A stretch of 58,218 nt of DNA from an uncultured Clostridia bacterium (GTDB lineage: Bacteria; Aerophobota; Aerophobia; Aerophobales; B3-G15), in assembly GCA_964482715.1 (NCBI GenBank), contig CAYZYX010000006.1:1-58218 (forward strand), written 5' to 3'. Each line of letters starts with the position of its first letter. Position 1 is the first letter of the stretch. The translations under genes were made by a program, and so were the position numbers. The notes below the pieces were generated by a model. It made no database searches. It saw only the letters and a list, made by a program, of their open reading frames with translations, and was not told the origin of the DNA. This document shows positions 40,727 through 50,220 of the stretch, one piece after another.

Positions 40727-41067
40727 AACCTAACTCCTTCTCTGTCTATATTCCAGTGAAGAGGCATAGCATTGGCTAAAGGAGAATTCCAGAAATTTTT
40801 ACTCTGTACGATCTCTCCAAAAACTACATCGTGCTTCAATTCTATCTCATACGAGATATGGAAAATCTCTTCTTCCAGCTTAGTGTCAACCGGAGAGTCC
40901 ACAAGTATTAACAAATCAATATCTGACTCCTCATCAGCATCTCCTCTTACTTTTGAACCAAAAAGGATGATTTCAGCATCAGGGAATTTCTCGCAAATTC
41001 TTTTTTTCAATTCCAGCAATGCCTTTTTTTCATTTTCTTTTAATTTTAAGTTTTCCAATGTCCTCAT
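40723..41067 (-). CDS. Minimal nucleotidyltransferase (MNT antitoxin)
   Basis: LFGSKVRGDADEESDIDL (GS-X10-DXD). Confidence 0.92.
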   Translation of the reverse strand: MRTLENLKLKENEKKALLELKKRICEKFPDAEIILFGSKVRGDADEESDIDLLILVDSPVDTKLEEEIFHISYEIELKHDVVFGEIVQSKNFWNSPLANAMPLHWNIDREGVRL

Positions 41068-41184
41068 CTTTTTGTCTCAATTAAAGACACAAGGTATCTC
41101 CTCATTATGGCATATACTATAGATAAAATCGAAGGAAGTCAAGAATGCGTGTAAATATTTAAGGAGACTTTCTTCATATATTAT

Positions 41185-41637
41185 CTAACTTTGCGGGGGG
41201 ATTTTCCAGACTCTTTTTTGGTCAATAACATGAACTATACGCCATCCTTTTTTGCTCAGTGTCTTTGCTATGAATTGACGATGGCATCTCCAGGGAACTT
41301 TCTCCGCACACAAAATTGCTGTAAAATTGCTGGTTGCAGATCTTTCCAGTTTTTCAATACCTTGTCTGTAAAAGTCTGTTTTCATATATTCCTGGTAGCC
41401 TCCTTTTCTAAAACCGCCAAGTTCTTTTCCGAGATATAGATAAGATATACCTTCTTTTTTCAAAATTTCCTGGAGATTTTTCTTTTTAAAATGTTCCCAT
41501 CTACTGGTAGGAAACCTCCGTACATCAATGATGCGCTTTATTCGATAAAGTTTCAAAAGGTTAATAAATTCTTCCTGGCTTAAAATACTGGTTCCAAGAG
41601 TGTATATTGTCCTTACAGGCATCTTAATAGTCGTCAC
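41185..41637 (-). CDS. DUF488 family protein
   Basis: DVRRFPTS, ELGG.R, CAE..PWRCHR. Confidence 0.9.
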   Translation of the reverse strand: MTTIKMPVRTIYTLGTSILSQEEFINLLKLYRIKRIIDVRRFPTSRWEHFKKKNLQEILKKEGISYLYLGKELGGFRKGGYQEYMKTDFYRQGIEKLERSATSNFTAILCAEKVPWRCHRQFIAKTLSKKGWRIVHVIDQKRVWKIPPQS

Positions 41638-42748
41638 TTAAAAGATGTAAGTTTCCAATTCGAACCCTGCAGAGTCCCTCTTTTTCCGCTACTTCTTTGC
41701 ATTTTTGAGCGTGACTTTTAGAAGTGCAGGGAAGATCATGCATGTAAAACTGGGGATAAAAAGCAAGGAGCGTATAGGGAATTTCTGGATTAAGAGAGGC
41801 TATAAAACGAGAAATACCTCTTACCTCTTTCTCGTCTACATAACCGGGAACAAGAAGAGTACTGGCTACAAGAAAGGGAGGATTGGGTCTTTTATCCACG
41901 AACGAAGCAAGATAACTAAAGTTTGCCAGGGTTGCTTTATTGCTTACTCCACAAAGGGCTATATGCATTTGTTCATTCCAGGCTTTGAGGTCAAACTTTA
42001 TACATCCACCCGATTCCAGAGCAATTTTTGCCATTTCATCCAGAAATTCACGGGACATACTCCCATTTGTCTCCCAGCATATCCGGAGAATTCTTTCTTT
42101 ATTTTTTTGGCGAGCTATTTTCGCCACCTCAAGAGAGTGTTGGATCTGGCAGGAAGGGTCTCCACCAAAAAAGCAGATACAGGAAGTGCGAAAATCAACA
42201 CAATCGGCCAGAACTTCTGCCGATACACTCTTTCTCCCCTCAGGTGTGTCTCTCCAGTGCCAGTTCTGGCAAAAAAGACAGTTAAAAGAGCATCCATGAT
42301 AAAATACAGCAAGATTCTTGTATCCATATTCTGGCCCTTGAGTGTAAGAAAATTGAGGAAAACCACTTCCGGTCCCTCCCGGACAAACCCAGTCAGCCAC
42401 ACAGTTGGTTGGCAGGTTGTCATAATACCAGTCAAGTAGACCCTGTTTTTGAGTAGCCCCCTTAAGTTTCCCCCCGAGGTTGGCTCTTATTCCACAAAAG
42501 CTCCTCTCGCCCGGGCCAATTTTGCACTGGTTAATACAGTATCTGCAGGTAATTCCTTCTGGAGACGCAGGAGGCTTTACCGGAAGGTCGAATTCTCTCC
42601 TTGTCTTTCGGTGAGTCTCTTCCACAAGAAGGGCAATACTGGAAAATTTTTCTCTTATACATTCAGCACAAACCTTTAAGGTTGAGGAAATTAAAAAAGA
42701 CTCCTTTCCGCAAACGAGACACTTCACCTTTTTAACTCTCTGGACCAT
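41624..42748 (-). CDS. Radical SAM protein, PFL-activating-enzyme-like, with N-terminal Zn ribbons
   Basis: CSFNCLFCQN, FFGGDP, WETNG, FYPQF. Confidence 0.88.
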   Translation of the reverse strand: MVQRVKKVKCLVCGKESFLISSTLKVCAECIREKFSSIALLVEETHRKTRREFDLPVKPPASPEGITCRYCINQCKIGPGERSFCGIRANLGGKLKGATQKQGLLDWYYDNLPTNCVADWVCPGGTGSGFPQFSYTQGPEYGYKNLAVFYHGCSFNCLFCQNWHWRDTPEGRKSVSAEVLADCVDFRTSCICFFGGDPSCQIQHSLEVAKIARQKNKERILRICWETNGSMSREFLDEMAKIALESGGCIKFDLKAWNEQMHIALCGVSNKATLANFSYLASFVDKRPNPPFLVASTLLVPGYVDEKEVRGISRFIASLNPEIPYTLLAFYPQFYMHDLPCTSKSHAQKCKEVAEKEGLCRVRIGNLHLLSDDY

Positions 42749-43881
42749 CGACGATAGTCCTTCAACTTCCAGCCCGGATAGGTTTCTTTTCCTCTCAGAG
42801 CAAGATCAGATATTCCACACTTAGGATCAGAACAATTAAGGCAATTTCCTTTACAATTTGTGCCTGGATAAAACTTACCGTTCTTTCTTATATATACAGG
42901 AATATCAATTCCCTCACAGTTGATGGAACTCATGAATTCCCGATTCAGTCCTCTGGGTTTACCATCAACTATTTCGTACTCCATGCAAAGGGCGAAAGAA
43001 AGATTTTTTCTCTCACAAATATTGCGTAGTCGGTCAAAAAGTCTCTTTCTGTAGTTTATCCCGGCGTTAAGATATCCGTCTATATTTTCTTTATAAAGCC
43101 TCTGATAGTCTCTTTTTATTCCTGTTCCGAATTTTTTATCTATTTGATCAAAAATCTGAGTGGAGATTTTTTGAGGGATATCCAGAACACTTGCCACTAT
43201 GTGTGTACATCCTGAGGATTTTGCTTTTTCTATCAATTCTTCAAGTTTTCCGGGATGGTCGGTGATGTAAGGGAATATAGGGTCAATCCGACAAACAGAG
43301 AATATCCCCTCCCGAGAGAGAAACTCAAGATTCTGAAAAAGTTCATCGCAGGTTGCCCCTTTTGGAACAAGGACCTTGCGAAGATTATCATCGGGTGTAA
43401 GTATGGAAACCTGACCGAAAGAATGACGTTGAGCCTTCATTGTTTCAATAACCTGAGGGGGGATCTTTGACTTAGTAATAAACTCTACAGGAATATTTCT
43501 TTCCACAAATACCCGGATTATTTTTTCTGAAAGCCGGTATTTTTTCTCCAGAGGTTGGAAAGGTTCGGTTACCGGAGAAAGGTAACCACAAAAAGCAACG
43601 TCAATTGAGTCAAGCTGCCGGGCAATTTTCCGATCAAAATCTTTGGCCACGGTAATTATTCCCTTCTCCCTGAAAAGTTGAAAATATCCCGGGAAGGCGA
43701 GAGTGTAACAGAAAAAACACCCTATTCCACAGCCATTGTAAGGATTAATGAGCATTCTCTCCGCTGTACATTCTCTTTTGCCTGGCCACCATCCGTGAAG
43801 TTCTTTTTTTGTTGGTACGAGAATGTGAGGTTCAGGAGCGGGAATAACTTCATATTCCTTCTTGTTAATATAAACCTTCAT
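42724..43881 (-). CDS. Radical SAM protein, spore-photoproduct-lyase-like
   Basis: INPYNGCGIGCFFCY, TEPFQP.E, ITKS, RIDPIFP; Cys-rich C-terminus. Confidence 0.82.
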   Translation of the reverse strand: MKVYINKKEYEVIPAPEPHILVPTKKELHGWWPGKRECTAERMLINPYNGCGIGCFFCYTLAFPGYFQLFREKGIITVAKDFDRKIARQLDSIDVAFCGYLSPVTEPFQPLEKKYRLSEKIIRVFVERNIPVEFITKSKIPPQVIETMKAQRHSFGQVSILTPDDNLRKVLVPKGATCDELFQNLEFLSREGIFSVCRIDPIFPYITDHPGKLEELIEKAKSSGCTHIVASVLDIPQKISTQIFDQIDKKFGTGIKRDYQRLYKENIDGYLNAGINYRKRLFDRLRNICERKNLSFALCMEYEIVDGKPRGLNREFMSSINCEGIDIPVYIRKNGKFYPGTNCKGNCLNCSDPKCGISDLALRGKETYPGWKLKDYRRWSRELKR

Positions 43882-43893
43882 TTTACCTTAATT

Positions 43894-45246
43894 TTATTCT
43901 GATTCTATTTGGATGTAAAGGTCGTAAAAATCTTTTACAGAGGTGACCTTGCCCCGGAAGATCTGGCCAGGAGTAAATCTTTTAGCTATAAAAAGGGTTT
44001 TACCATCAATCTCCGGAGTTTGGAAGGGAGTGTGACCTTCTCCCCATTCTGAATCGGAATTGGTGATATCTACAAGAACAGGAAAGATCTTTCCTACTTT
44101 TTCTTTGTTTTTCTTTAAAGTTATGGCTCTTTGTAAGAGGAGAAGCTCGTTTTTTCTTTTTTCTTTAATTTTTTTAGGGACCTGTTCAGGCAAAAAGTGG
44201 GCTGGAGTATTTTTTTCGCGGGAATAGGTAAAAACTCCAAGCCAGTCAAACTCTAAGTTTTCCACATCTTTCATCAATTTCTCAAAATGATAAGCCTTTT
44301 CTCCAGGAAAACCCACCATAAACGTTGTTCGTAAAGTTACATCGGGAACAGCTTCTCTTATCTTTTCTATGAGGGTTTGAGCCACTTTAAATGGGGGTCG
44401 ATTCATCATTTTTAAGATCTCATCATGAGTGTGTTGAAGAGGGATATCAACATACCGGCAAACTTTATCAGAATCTCTCATAAATCGGATAAGTCCAACA
44501 TCAAAATGACCTGGATGAAGATAGAGTAGCCTGATCCAGCTTATACCTTTGATCTTCTCTAATTTTTCCAATAAGCGTAAGAGTTCACCTGATTTTCCTC
44601 TATCCTGTCCATAATAGGTAATATCCTGGGCAATTAAAATGAGTTCCTTTACCCCCATTTTGGCAAGAGACTTTGCCTCCTTTACAACATCCTCCACTTC
44701 TCTGCTTCTAAAGTCACCTCGCAAATAGGGAATAAGGCAGTAAGAACAACAATTGGAGCATCCCTCGGCAATTTTCAAATAGGCATATCCCGGAGGAGTA
44801 GAGACTAACCTTGAGAAACCTGAGTTATAGATGAATTTAGGAGTAGATACCAGAAAAACTCGCTCTCCCTGAAGGATTTTTTCTACAGCTTCATCAATTC
44901 TGTAAAAATCTGAACTTCCAAGAAGAGCATCTATCTCGGGAAATCGATAAAAAAGTTTCCTTTTTTCAAGCTGAGGAAGACATCCACAAACAATTAATTT
45001 CTGGTAGGCAGATTTTTCTTTTGCCTCTCTGGCGATAACATCATAACTTTCCTTCCTTGCATCTTTTATGAAACTGCAGGTATTTATGATTATAATATCG
45101 GCAAATTTGGGAGAAGAAACCAAAATACAGCCTTTTTCTCCCAATCTCCCCAGAATAAGCTCACTATCAACAAGATTTTTGGAACAGCCAAGTGATATAA
45201 CATTAACCTTTAACTTATTTAATTTATCAAGTTTAGAGATAGTCAT
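43894..45246 (-). CDS. rimO: Ribosomal protein S12 methylthiotransferase
   Basis: SLGCSKNLVDSE, NTCSFI, KIAEGCSNCCSYC, PEIDG. Confidence 0.94.
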   Translation of the reverse strand: MTISKLDKLNKLKVNVISLGCSKNLVDSELILGRLGEKGCILVSSPKFADIIIINTCSFIKDARKESYDVIAREAKEKSAYQKLIVCGCLPQLEKRKLFYRFPEIDALLGSSDFYRIDEAVEKILQGERVFLVSTPKFIYNSGFSRLVSTPPGYAYLKIAEGCSNCCSYCLIPYLRGDFRSREVEDVVKEAKSLAKMGVKELILIAQDITYYGQDRGKSGELLRLLEKLEKIKGISWIRLLYLHPGHFDVGLIRFMRDSDKVCRYVDIPLQHTHDEILKMMNRPPFKVAQTLIEKIREAVPDVTLRTTFMVGFPGEKAYHFEKLMKDVENLEFDWLGVFTYSREKNTPAHFLPEQVPKKIKEKRKNELLLLQRAITLKKNKEKVGKIFPVLVDITNSDSEWGEGHTPFQTPEIDGKTLFIAKRFTPGQIFRGKVTSVKDFYDLYIQIESE

Positions 45247-46003
45247 CTAAGTTAATCTCAGATCCATCATTGGCCGCTATTATTTTAACTCCCAGTTTCT
45301 CTTTGAGTTTTTTAGCTATTTCCCAGGGTTTAGCCCGGAGCATGGTCATTCCAAAATGAGTCAAAATAGAAAGTCTGGGATGATTGAAAGATATAATCCT
45401 TTCCACATCTGGCAGACTCAGATGATCAATTTCTCCCCTGGGTTCCAGCCTCACCACATTGATGATGAGTACCGGTTCGGAATAAAAACTCTCCAGGCCA
45501 TCAAAATAGCGAGTGTCACTAATTAAAGATAATGAATAGGGCTCAGAGTAAAAATTTATACCGTAGGTTTCTACGCGATGTACCAGTTTTTTGGGGGTGG
45601 TGAATGTAATATTTCCTACACGGTATTTCCCCCCTTCTCTGAGAACTTCAATTTTATCCAGGAATTTACGTAGATACCGGAATACCACGTAGTCCTCTCC
45701 TTCCAGTGCATCCAGAGGAGCAAAAAGAACCCCCTTTGGTTTGAACCCACCTTGAGTCATAGCTTCAATCATTATATTTACATCACCTGAGTGATCCAGA
45801 TGCTTGTGAGTAAGAATTATCCCATCAAGTTGCGCCGGGTTAAGGGAAGGGCGTGATTTTACACACCGAACAAGTGAGCCAGGTCCAGGATCTATAAGCA
45901 AGTTGGTTTCGTTTAGATTGAGCCATATACCTCCTGATGACCTGAGCTGTTTGGTGACCACCACCCTTGCTCCTGCTGTTCCCAGAAACTTTATCTTTCC
46001 CAA
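45233..46003 (-). CDS. Metallo-beta-lactamase-fold hydrolase
   Basis: FLGTAG, DPGPG, THKHLDH, THFG. Confidence 0.88.
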   Translation of the reverse strand: MGKIKFLGTAGARVVVTKQLRSSGGIWLNLNETNLLIDPGPGSLVRCVKSRPSLNPAQLDGIILTHKHLDHSGDVNIMIEAMTQGGFKPKGVLFAPLDALEGEDYVVFRYLRKFLDKIEVLREGGKYRVGNITFTTPKKLVHRVETYGINFYSEPYSLSLISDTRYFDGLESFYSEPVLIINVVRLEPRGEIDHLSLPDVERIISFNHPRLSILTHFGMTMLRAKPWEIAKKLKEKLGVKIIAANDGSEINLDDYL

Positions 46004-46384
46004 CTCCCTTTCTCCTTAAGTTTTTGTAAAGTATAAAATAAAAAAGATGGTGGTCAATCTTTCTTTTTACTTTTTACTTGACGAAAGGTTAAAAATAGTC
46101 TAAATAATGAAAAAATTAGGAGAGGCCCGGGTAGATGGCTATGAGGAAATTGACGCTGTAGAGTTAACCGGAGTTGTAGTAGAAAGATAAAAAATGTCCT
46201 GCTAAAAATAAATAAGAGGAGTTAATCTGGAAAATGAGAAAGACTTTTTTGTATTTTTTAATAGTACTTCCTTTGTGCTTTGTAAGTTTGAAGTGATAGT
46301 TGAGGGAAAGTACAGGGCATATAGCAAAGAATTACAGGCTGAAAAGGTGATCTGGTAAAAATTCGGGCAGACCGGGAGAAAAAA

Positions 46385-47203
46385 TTGATAAAGATAGAAA
46401 AGGTCATCGACCTTGTGAAAAATGCTGGAGAGGCGGTTTTAAAGGTATATTCTAAACAAAATCCGCGTATCTACCATAAAAAAGATTCATCACCTGTTAC
46501 CGAGGCTGATTATCTATCAGAAAAAATTCTTTTTTCCGGTTTGCAAATCTATGGCTGGAGAATCCTTTCTGAAGAGACAAAAGACGATCTTTCTCGTTTA
46601 AATAAAGAAAAAATATGGATAATAGATCCTCTTGATGGTACAAGGGATTTTCTGAATAAGACAGGGGAATTCTCCGTCATGGTGGCTCTTGTGGATAAAA
46701 GAAAACCTTTTCTCGGTGTTGTTTACAAACCGGTGGATGATAAGATTTACTTTGCTGTAAAAGGAGAGGGTGCCTTCCTAAAAGAAAAAGATAAAGCACT
46801 AAAGAGATTAAAGGTATCTGAAATTTCTTCTTTATCAGAAGCTCGTCTTGTTTTTACCAGATCCCATCTTAATGAAATGGAAAAAAAGTTCATTCAAAAT
46901 TTAAAAACAAGAAGGATAACTTTTATGGGAAGTGTTGGAGTTAAGCTGGGAGAAATCGCCGAGGGAAAGGCGGATGGTTATATAAGCATAAGTAATAAGA
47001 CTTCCCAGTGGGATATATGTGCTCCGGAGATTATTTTAAAAGAGGCAGGAGGAGTAGTGACAGATCTGAGCGGTGGGGAATTTATTTACAACCGCAAAGA
47101 GATTAACAATGACAATGGTATCGTAGCAAGCAATGGCAAGATCCATTTTCAGATGCTTAAAAAACTCCATCAAATTCTGCCTGAAAGGAGGGAACACAAA
47201 TGA
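46385..47203 (+). CDS. cysQ: 3'(2'),5'-bisphosphate nucleotidase
   Basis: SPVTEAD, WIIDPLDGT, WDICA; next to sat/cysC. Confidence 0.9.
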   Translation: MIKIEKVIDLVKNAGEAVLKVYSKQNPRIYHKKDSSPVTEADYLSEKILFSGLQIYGWRILSEETKDDLSRLNKEKIWIIDPLDGTRDFLNKTGEFSVMVALVDKRKPFLGVVYKPVDDKIYFAVKGEGAFLKEKDKALKRLKVSEISSLSEARLVFTRSHLNEMEKKFIQNLKTRRITFMGSVGVKLGEIAEGKADGYISISNKTSQWDICAPEIILKEAGGVVTDLSGGEFIYNRKEINNDNGIVASNGKIHFQMLKKLHQILPERREHK

Positions 47204-48894
47204 TAAAACCACACGGAGGAAAGCTCATAAAAAGAATCTTATTTCCGGAAGAAAAAGAAGAGATCCTAAAGGATGCTTGCAAATTAAAACATTTGACGCT
47301 GGATGAAGAGAAAATTAGAGATGTAAAAAATATTGGAAGAGGTGTATATTCACCTTTAAAAGGATTCTTAAATGAGAAAGATTTTAAAGAAGTTTTGTAT
47401 TCCATGAGACTTTCAAATGGCTTATTATGGCCCATTCCAATTGTACTTGATATATCAAAAGAAGAATACGATAAGATAAAAGGAACAAATATAGTTCTTT
47501 TAAAGGATACTTATAGTAAACCAGTGGCTATTTTGGAAAATCCTGAGATTTTTTCTTACAACAAAAGAGATTTTTCGCAATATGTTTTTTCAACTACTGA
47601 TGAAAAGCACCCTGGAGTGGAAGATGTTTATAAAATGAAAGAGCTTTTGATAGGAGGGAAAATAAAGCTTTTAGATGATGAAGCAGATGTATTTCCTGAG
47701 TATAACTTCTCTCCTCATGAAACGAGAAAGATATTCCAGGACAGGGGATGGAATACAGTGGTTGCCTTTCAAACCCGTAACGTGCCTCATCGTGGACATG
47801 AGTTCTTACAGAAACAAGCCTTAAAAGAGGCTGATGGACTTTTTATCCAACCGGTAGTTGGAAAAAAGAAACAGGGCGATTTCAAGGATGAGTACATCAT
47901 AATAAGTTATGAAATCTTGATAAGAAGACACTATCCCATAGACAGGGTTCTTTTAGGTATCCTGCCTCTGAAAATGAGATATGCAGGTCCCAGAGAGGCT
48001 GTTTTTCATGCCATAATCAGAAAAAACTTTGGTTGTACTCATTTTATAGTGGGAAGAGATCATGCAGGTGTCGGAAACTACTATGGTCCCTTTGATGCTC
48101 AGAGAATCTTTGACAATTTCAAAAAGGAGGAAATTGGTATAAACATTCTGAAGTATCAAGAAGTTGTTTATGATTCCAGAAGGAAAATACATATCTTCAA
48201 GGACGATTGTCCACCCGAGGATAGAGTATTTTTCAGTGGAACCAGGCTTCGAGAATATATTAAATCCAAGAAGATGCCTCCATCTTACATAATAAGAGAG
48301 GAAGTTTATAACTTTCTGGCCCAAAGCCTTAACGCCTTTGTTGAAGATAAAATATCCGGGAGGAAAAAGGCAAAAGAGGGTTTTGTTTTGTGGTTTACAG
48401 GTCTTTCACAGGCAGGAAAAACAACTGTAGCCAATAGAGTCTATCAGATATTAAAAGAAAGAGGGTTAAAACTGGAAAGATTGGATGGAGATATTGTTCG
48501 AAAGTCATTGAGTGCGGAGCTTGGATTTTCTAAAGAAGATAGAGACGAGAATATAAAGAGAGTTGCCCACGTTGCCAAGCTTTTAAGTGACAGGGGAACG
48601 GGGGTTATTTGCTCCTTTATCTCCCCTTACAGAAAAACAAGAGATGGGATAAGAAAACAGGTGACAAACTTTATAGAGGTATTTTGCAACTGTCCGCTGG
48701 AAGTTTGCGAGAGAAGAGATACAAAAGGATTATATGAAAAAGCGAGGAGAGGAGAGATTCAAAATTTTACCGGGATCTCCGATCCTTACGAACCACCGGA
48801 AAATCCGGAAATAGAACTTAGAACGGATTTAGAAACGATAGAAGAAAGTACCAATAAAGTGATAAAATATCTTGAAGAAAAAGGGTTTATTTGA
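47200..48894 (+). CDS. sat: Bifunctional sulfate adenylyltransferase / APS kinase (Sat-CysC fusion)
   Basis: FQTRNVPHRGHE, GRDHAG; then WFTGLSQAGKT, LDGD, FTGISDPYE. Confidence 0.94.
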   Translation: MIKPHGGKLIKRILFPEEKEEILKDACKLKHLTLDEEKIRDVKNIGRGVYSPLKGFLNEKDFKEVLYSMRLSNGLLWPIPIVLDISKEEYDKIKGTNIVLLKDTYSKPVAILENPEIFSYNKRDFSQYVFSTTDEKHPGVEDVYKMKELLIGGKIKLLDDEADVFPEYNFSPHETRKIFQDRGWNTVVAFQTRNVPHRGHEFLQKQALKEADGLFIQPVVGKKKQGDFKDEYIIISYEILIRRHYPIDRVLLGILPLKMRYAGPREAVFHAIIRKNFGCTHFIVGRDHAGVGNYYGPFDAQRIFDNFKKEEIGINILKYQEVVYDSRRKIHIFKDDCPPEDRVFFSGTRLREYIKSKKMPPSYIIREEVYNFLAQSLNAFVEDKISGRKKAKEGFVLWFTGLSQAGKTTVANRVYQILKERGLKLERLDGDIVRKSLSAELGFSKEDRDENIKRVAHVAKLLSDRGTGVICSFISPYRKTRDGIRKQVTNFIEVFCNCPLEVCERRDTKGLYEKARRGEIQNFTGISDPYEPPENPEIELRTDLETIEESTNKVIKYLEEKGFI

Positions 48895-48912
48895 AAGTTG
48901 GTTTGTTATAAT

Positions 48913-49329
48913 TCATTTTTTCTCATAATCTGCTTTGACAATGGTCTTCACTCCGCCACGAATTTTAAACTCTCCAATCACTGACATACGAATAGGGTCG
49001 CAACATTTAACAAGATCTTCCAGGATACGATTTACCACATGTTCGTGAACAATTCCTACCTGCCGGTAGGACAGAAGATAGTACTTAAGCGATTTTAATT
49101 CTATACATTTTTTATTGGGAACGTACCTGATGGTAATTCTGGCAAAATCGGGAAGGCCTGACCATGGACAAACACAGGTAAATTCTTCGGTAGATATGTC
49201 AAGCTCTATAGGTCTGTAGGGATATTTATAATCAAAAGTTTTTAGAATCTCAGGGGTTATTTTGTCCGGGCTTTCAACTCTGGGAAGGATCTTTCTTTCC
49301 ATAGGGCTCTGTTTATTATCAAAATCCAT
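48913..49329 (-). CDS. queF: PreQ0 reductase QueF
   Basis: EFTCVCPWSGLPDF, ELKSLKYY, HE, RGG. Confidence 0.94.
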   Translation of the reverse strand: MDFDNKQSPMERKILPRVESPDKITPEILKTFDYKYPYRPIELDISTEEFTCVCPWSGLPDFARITIRYVPNKKCIELKSLKYYLLSYRQVGIVHEHVVNRILEDLVKCCDPIRMSVIGEFKIRGGVKTIVKADYEKK

Positions 49330-49334
49330 AAAAA

Positions 49335-50036
49335 TTACCTCCCACAGGCATTTTTTATTTGAATTTTTTTACCAACCAAAATTTTGACCCCCAGATAACA
49401 AAAAGGAGTATCACATAAGGCTATTATTAATTTTATCAGATACTGACCAATTATTAAAGGGACAAGGGGCAAAATTCCATAAAAGGCAATGGTTATAAAT
49501 ATACCGGTATCTATTAGCTGACTTACCGCAGTCGAGAGGTTATTTCGTAGCCAAAGGTGTCTGCCCCGGGTTTTTCTTTTCCAGAAGTGAAATGCCAGCA
49601 CATCATGGGTCTGAGAGATAAGATAGGCAACCATACTGGCAAATACAATTCTTGGCGTAAGTCCCAGAATAGACTCCAGAGCTTGCTGAGCCTGCCAAAA
49701 TCTGGCTCCAGGCCATTTAATTGTCAAATAAACCCCTAAAACCAAAAATATGTTAGCAAGGAATCCACCAATGATAGCTAACTGAGCTTCTCTTTTTCCC
49801 CAGATTTCAGTTATGACATCAGTCATTAAAAAGGTGGCTGCATAGATCAGGACTGCTGCTGGAACCACAAAGGGACCAAAGATTACAGGTTTTACAGCAA
49901 TCACATTGGCAACGACTACCATTCCTGCAAAAACCCCCACAGCAATTCCAAGCCCATACCTCTTAGCCAGAATCAGAACCAAAGTTGAAAGGACAAGTGT
50001 TAAAATAATCCATCCTGCCAATAAAACAGGCTGCAT
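49335..50036 (-). CDS. yhhQ: Queuosine precursor transporter (YhhQ/Vut_1)
   Basis: TFL.TD..TE.WG, RI..AS..AYL.SQ, WLRNN.ST..SQL.DT. Confidence 0.92.
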   Translation of the reverse strand: MQPVLLAGWIILTLVLSTLVLILAKRYGLGIAVGVFAGMVVVANVIAVKPVIFGPFVVPAAVLIYAATFLMTDVITEIWGKREAQLAIIGGFLANIFLVLGVYLTIKWPGARFWQAQQALESILGLTPRIVFASMVAYLISQTHDVLAFHFWKRKTRGRHLWLRNNLSTAVSQLIDTGIFITIAFYGILPLVPLIIGQYLIKLIIALCDTPFCYLGVKILVGKKIQIKNACGR

Positions 50037-50153
50037 TATTAGCCTCTCTTGAAATATGATGTGTTAACATTTAATTAAATGTACTACATACTTAGCTTGT
50101 GTCAACTAAAAATTTGCTGAAAAAGTGTCCCAATTTCAACGGATTATTGTTGG

Positions 50154-50181
50154 TTGACAGTCAAAGGTTTTTTTCTATAAT
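50154..50181 (+). promoter_or_regulatory. sigma70 promoter of the aldolase-like gene
   Basis: TTGACA-16-TATAAT. Confidence 0.8.
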
Positions 50182-50220
50182 TGCCTAAACTTTAAGTTCT
50201 TGACATAAGGAGGATTTAAA

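Noticed and set aside
41705-42439. 244-aa plus-strand ORF and the other short antisense or nested ORFs in the track
   Set aside because: They overlap well-supported genes and have no recognisable motifs
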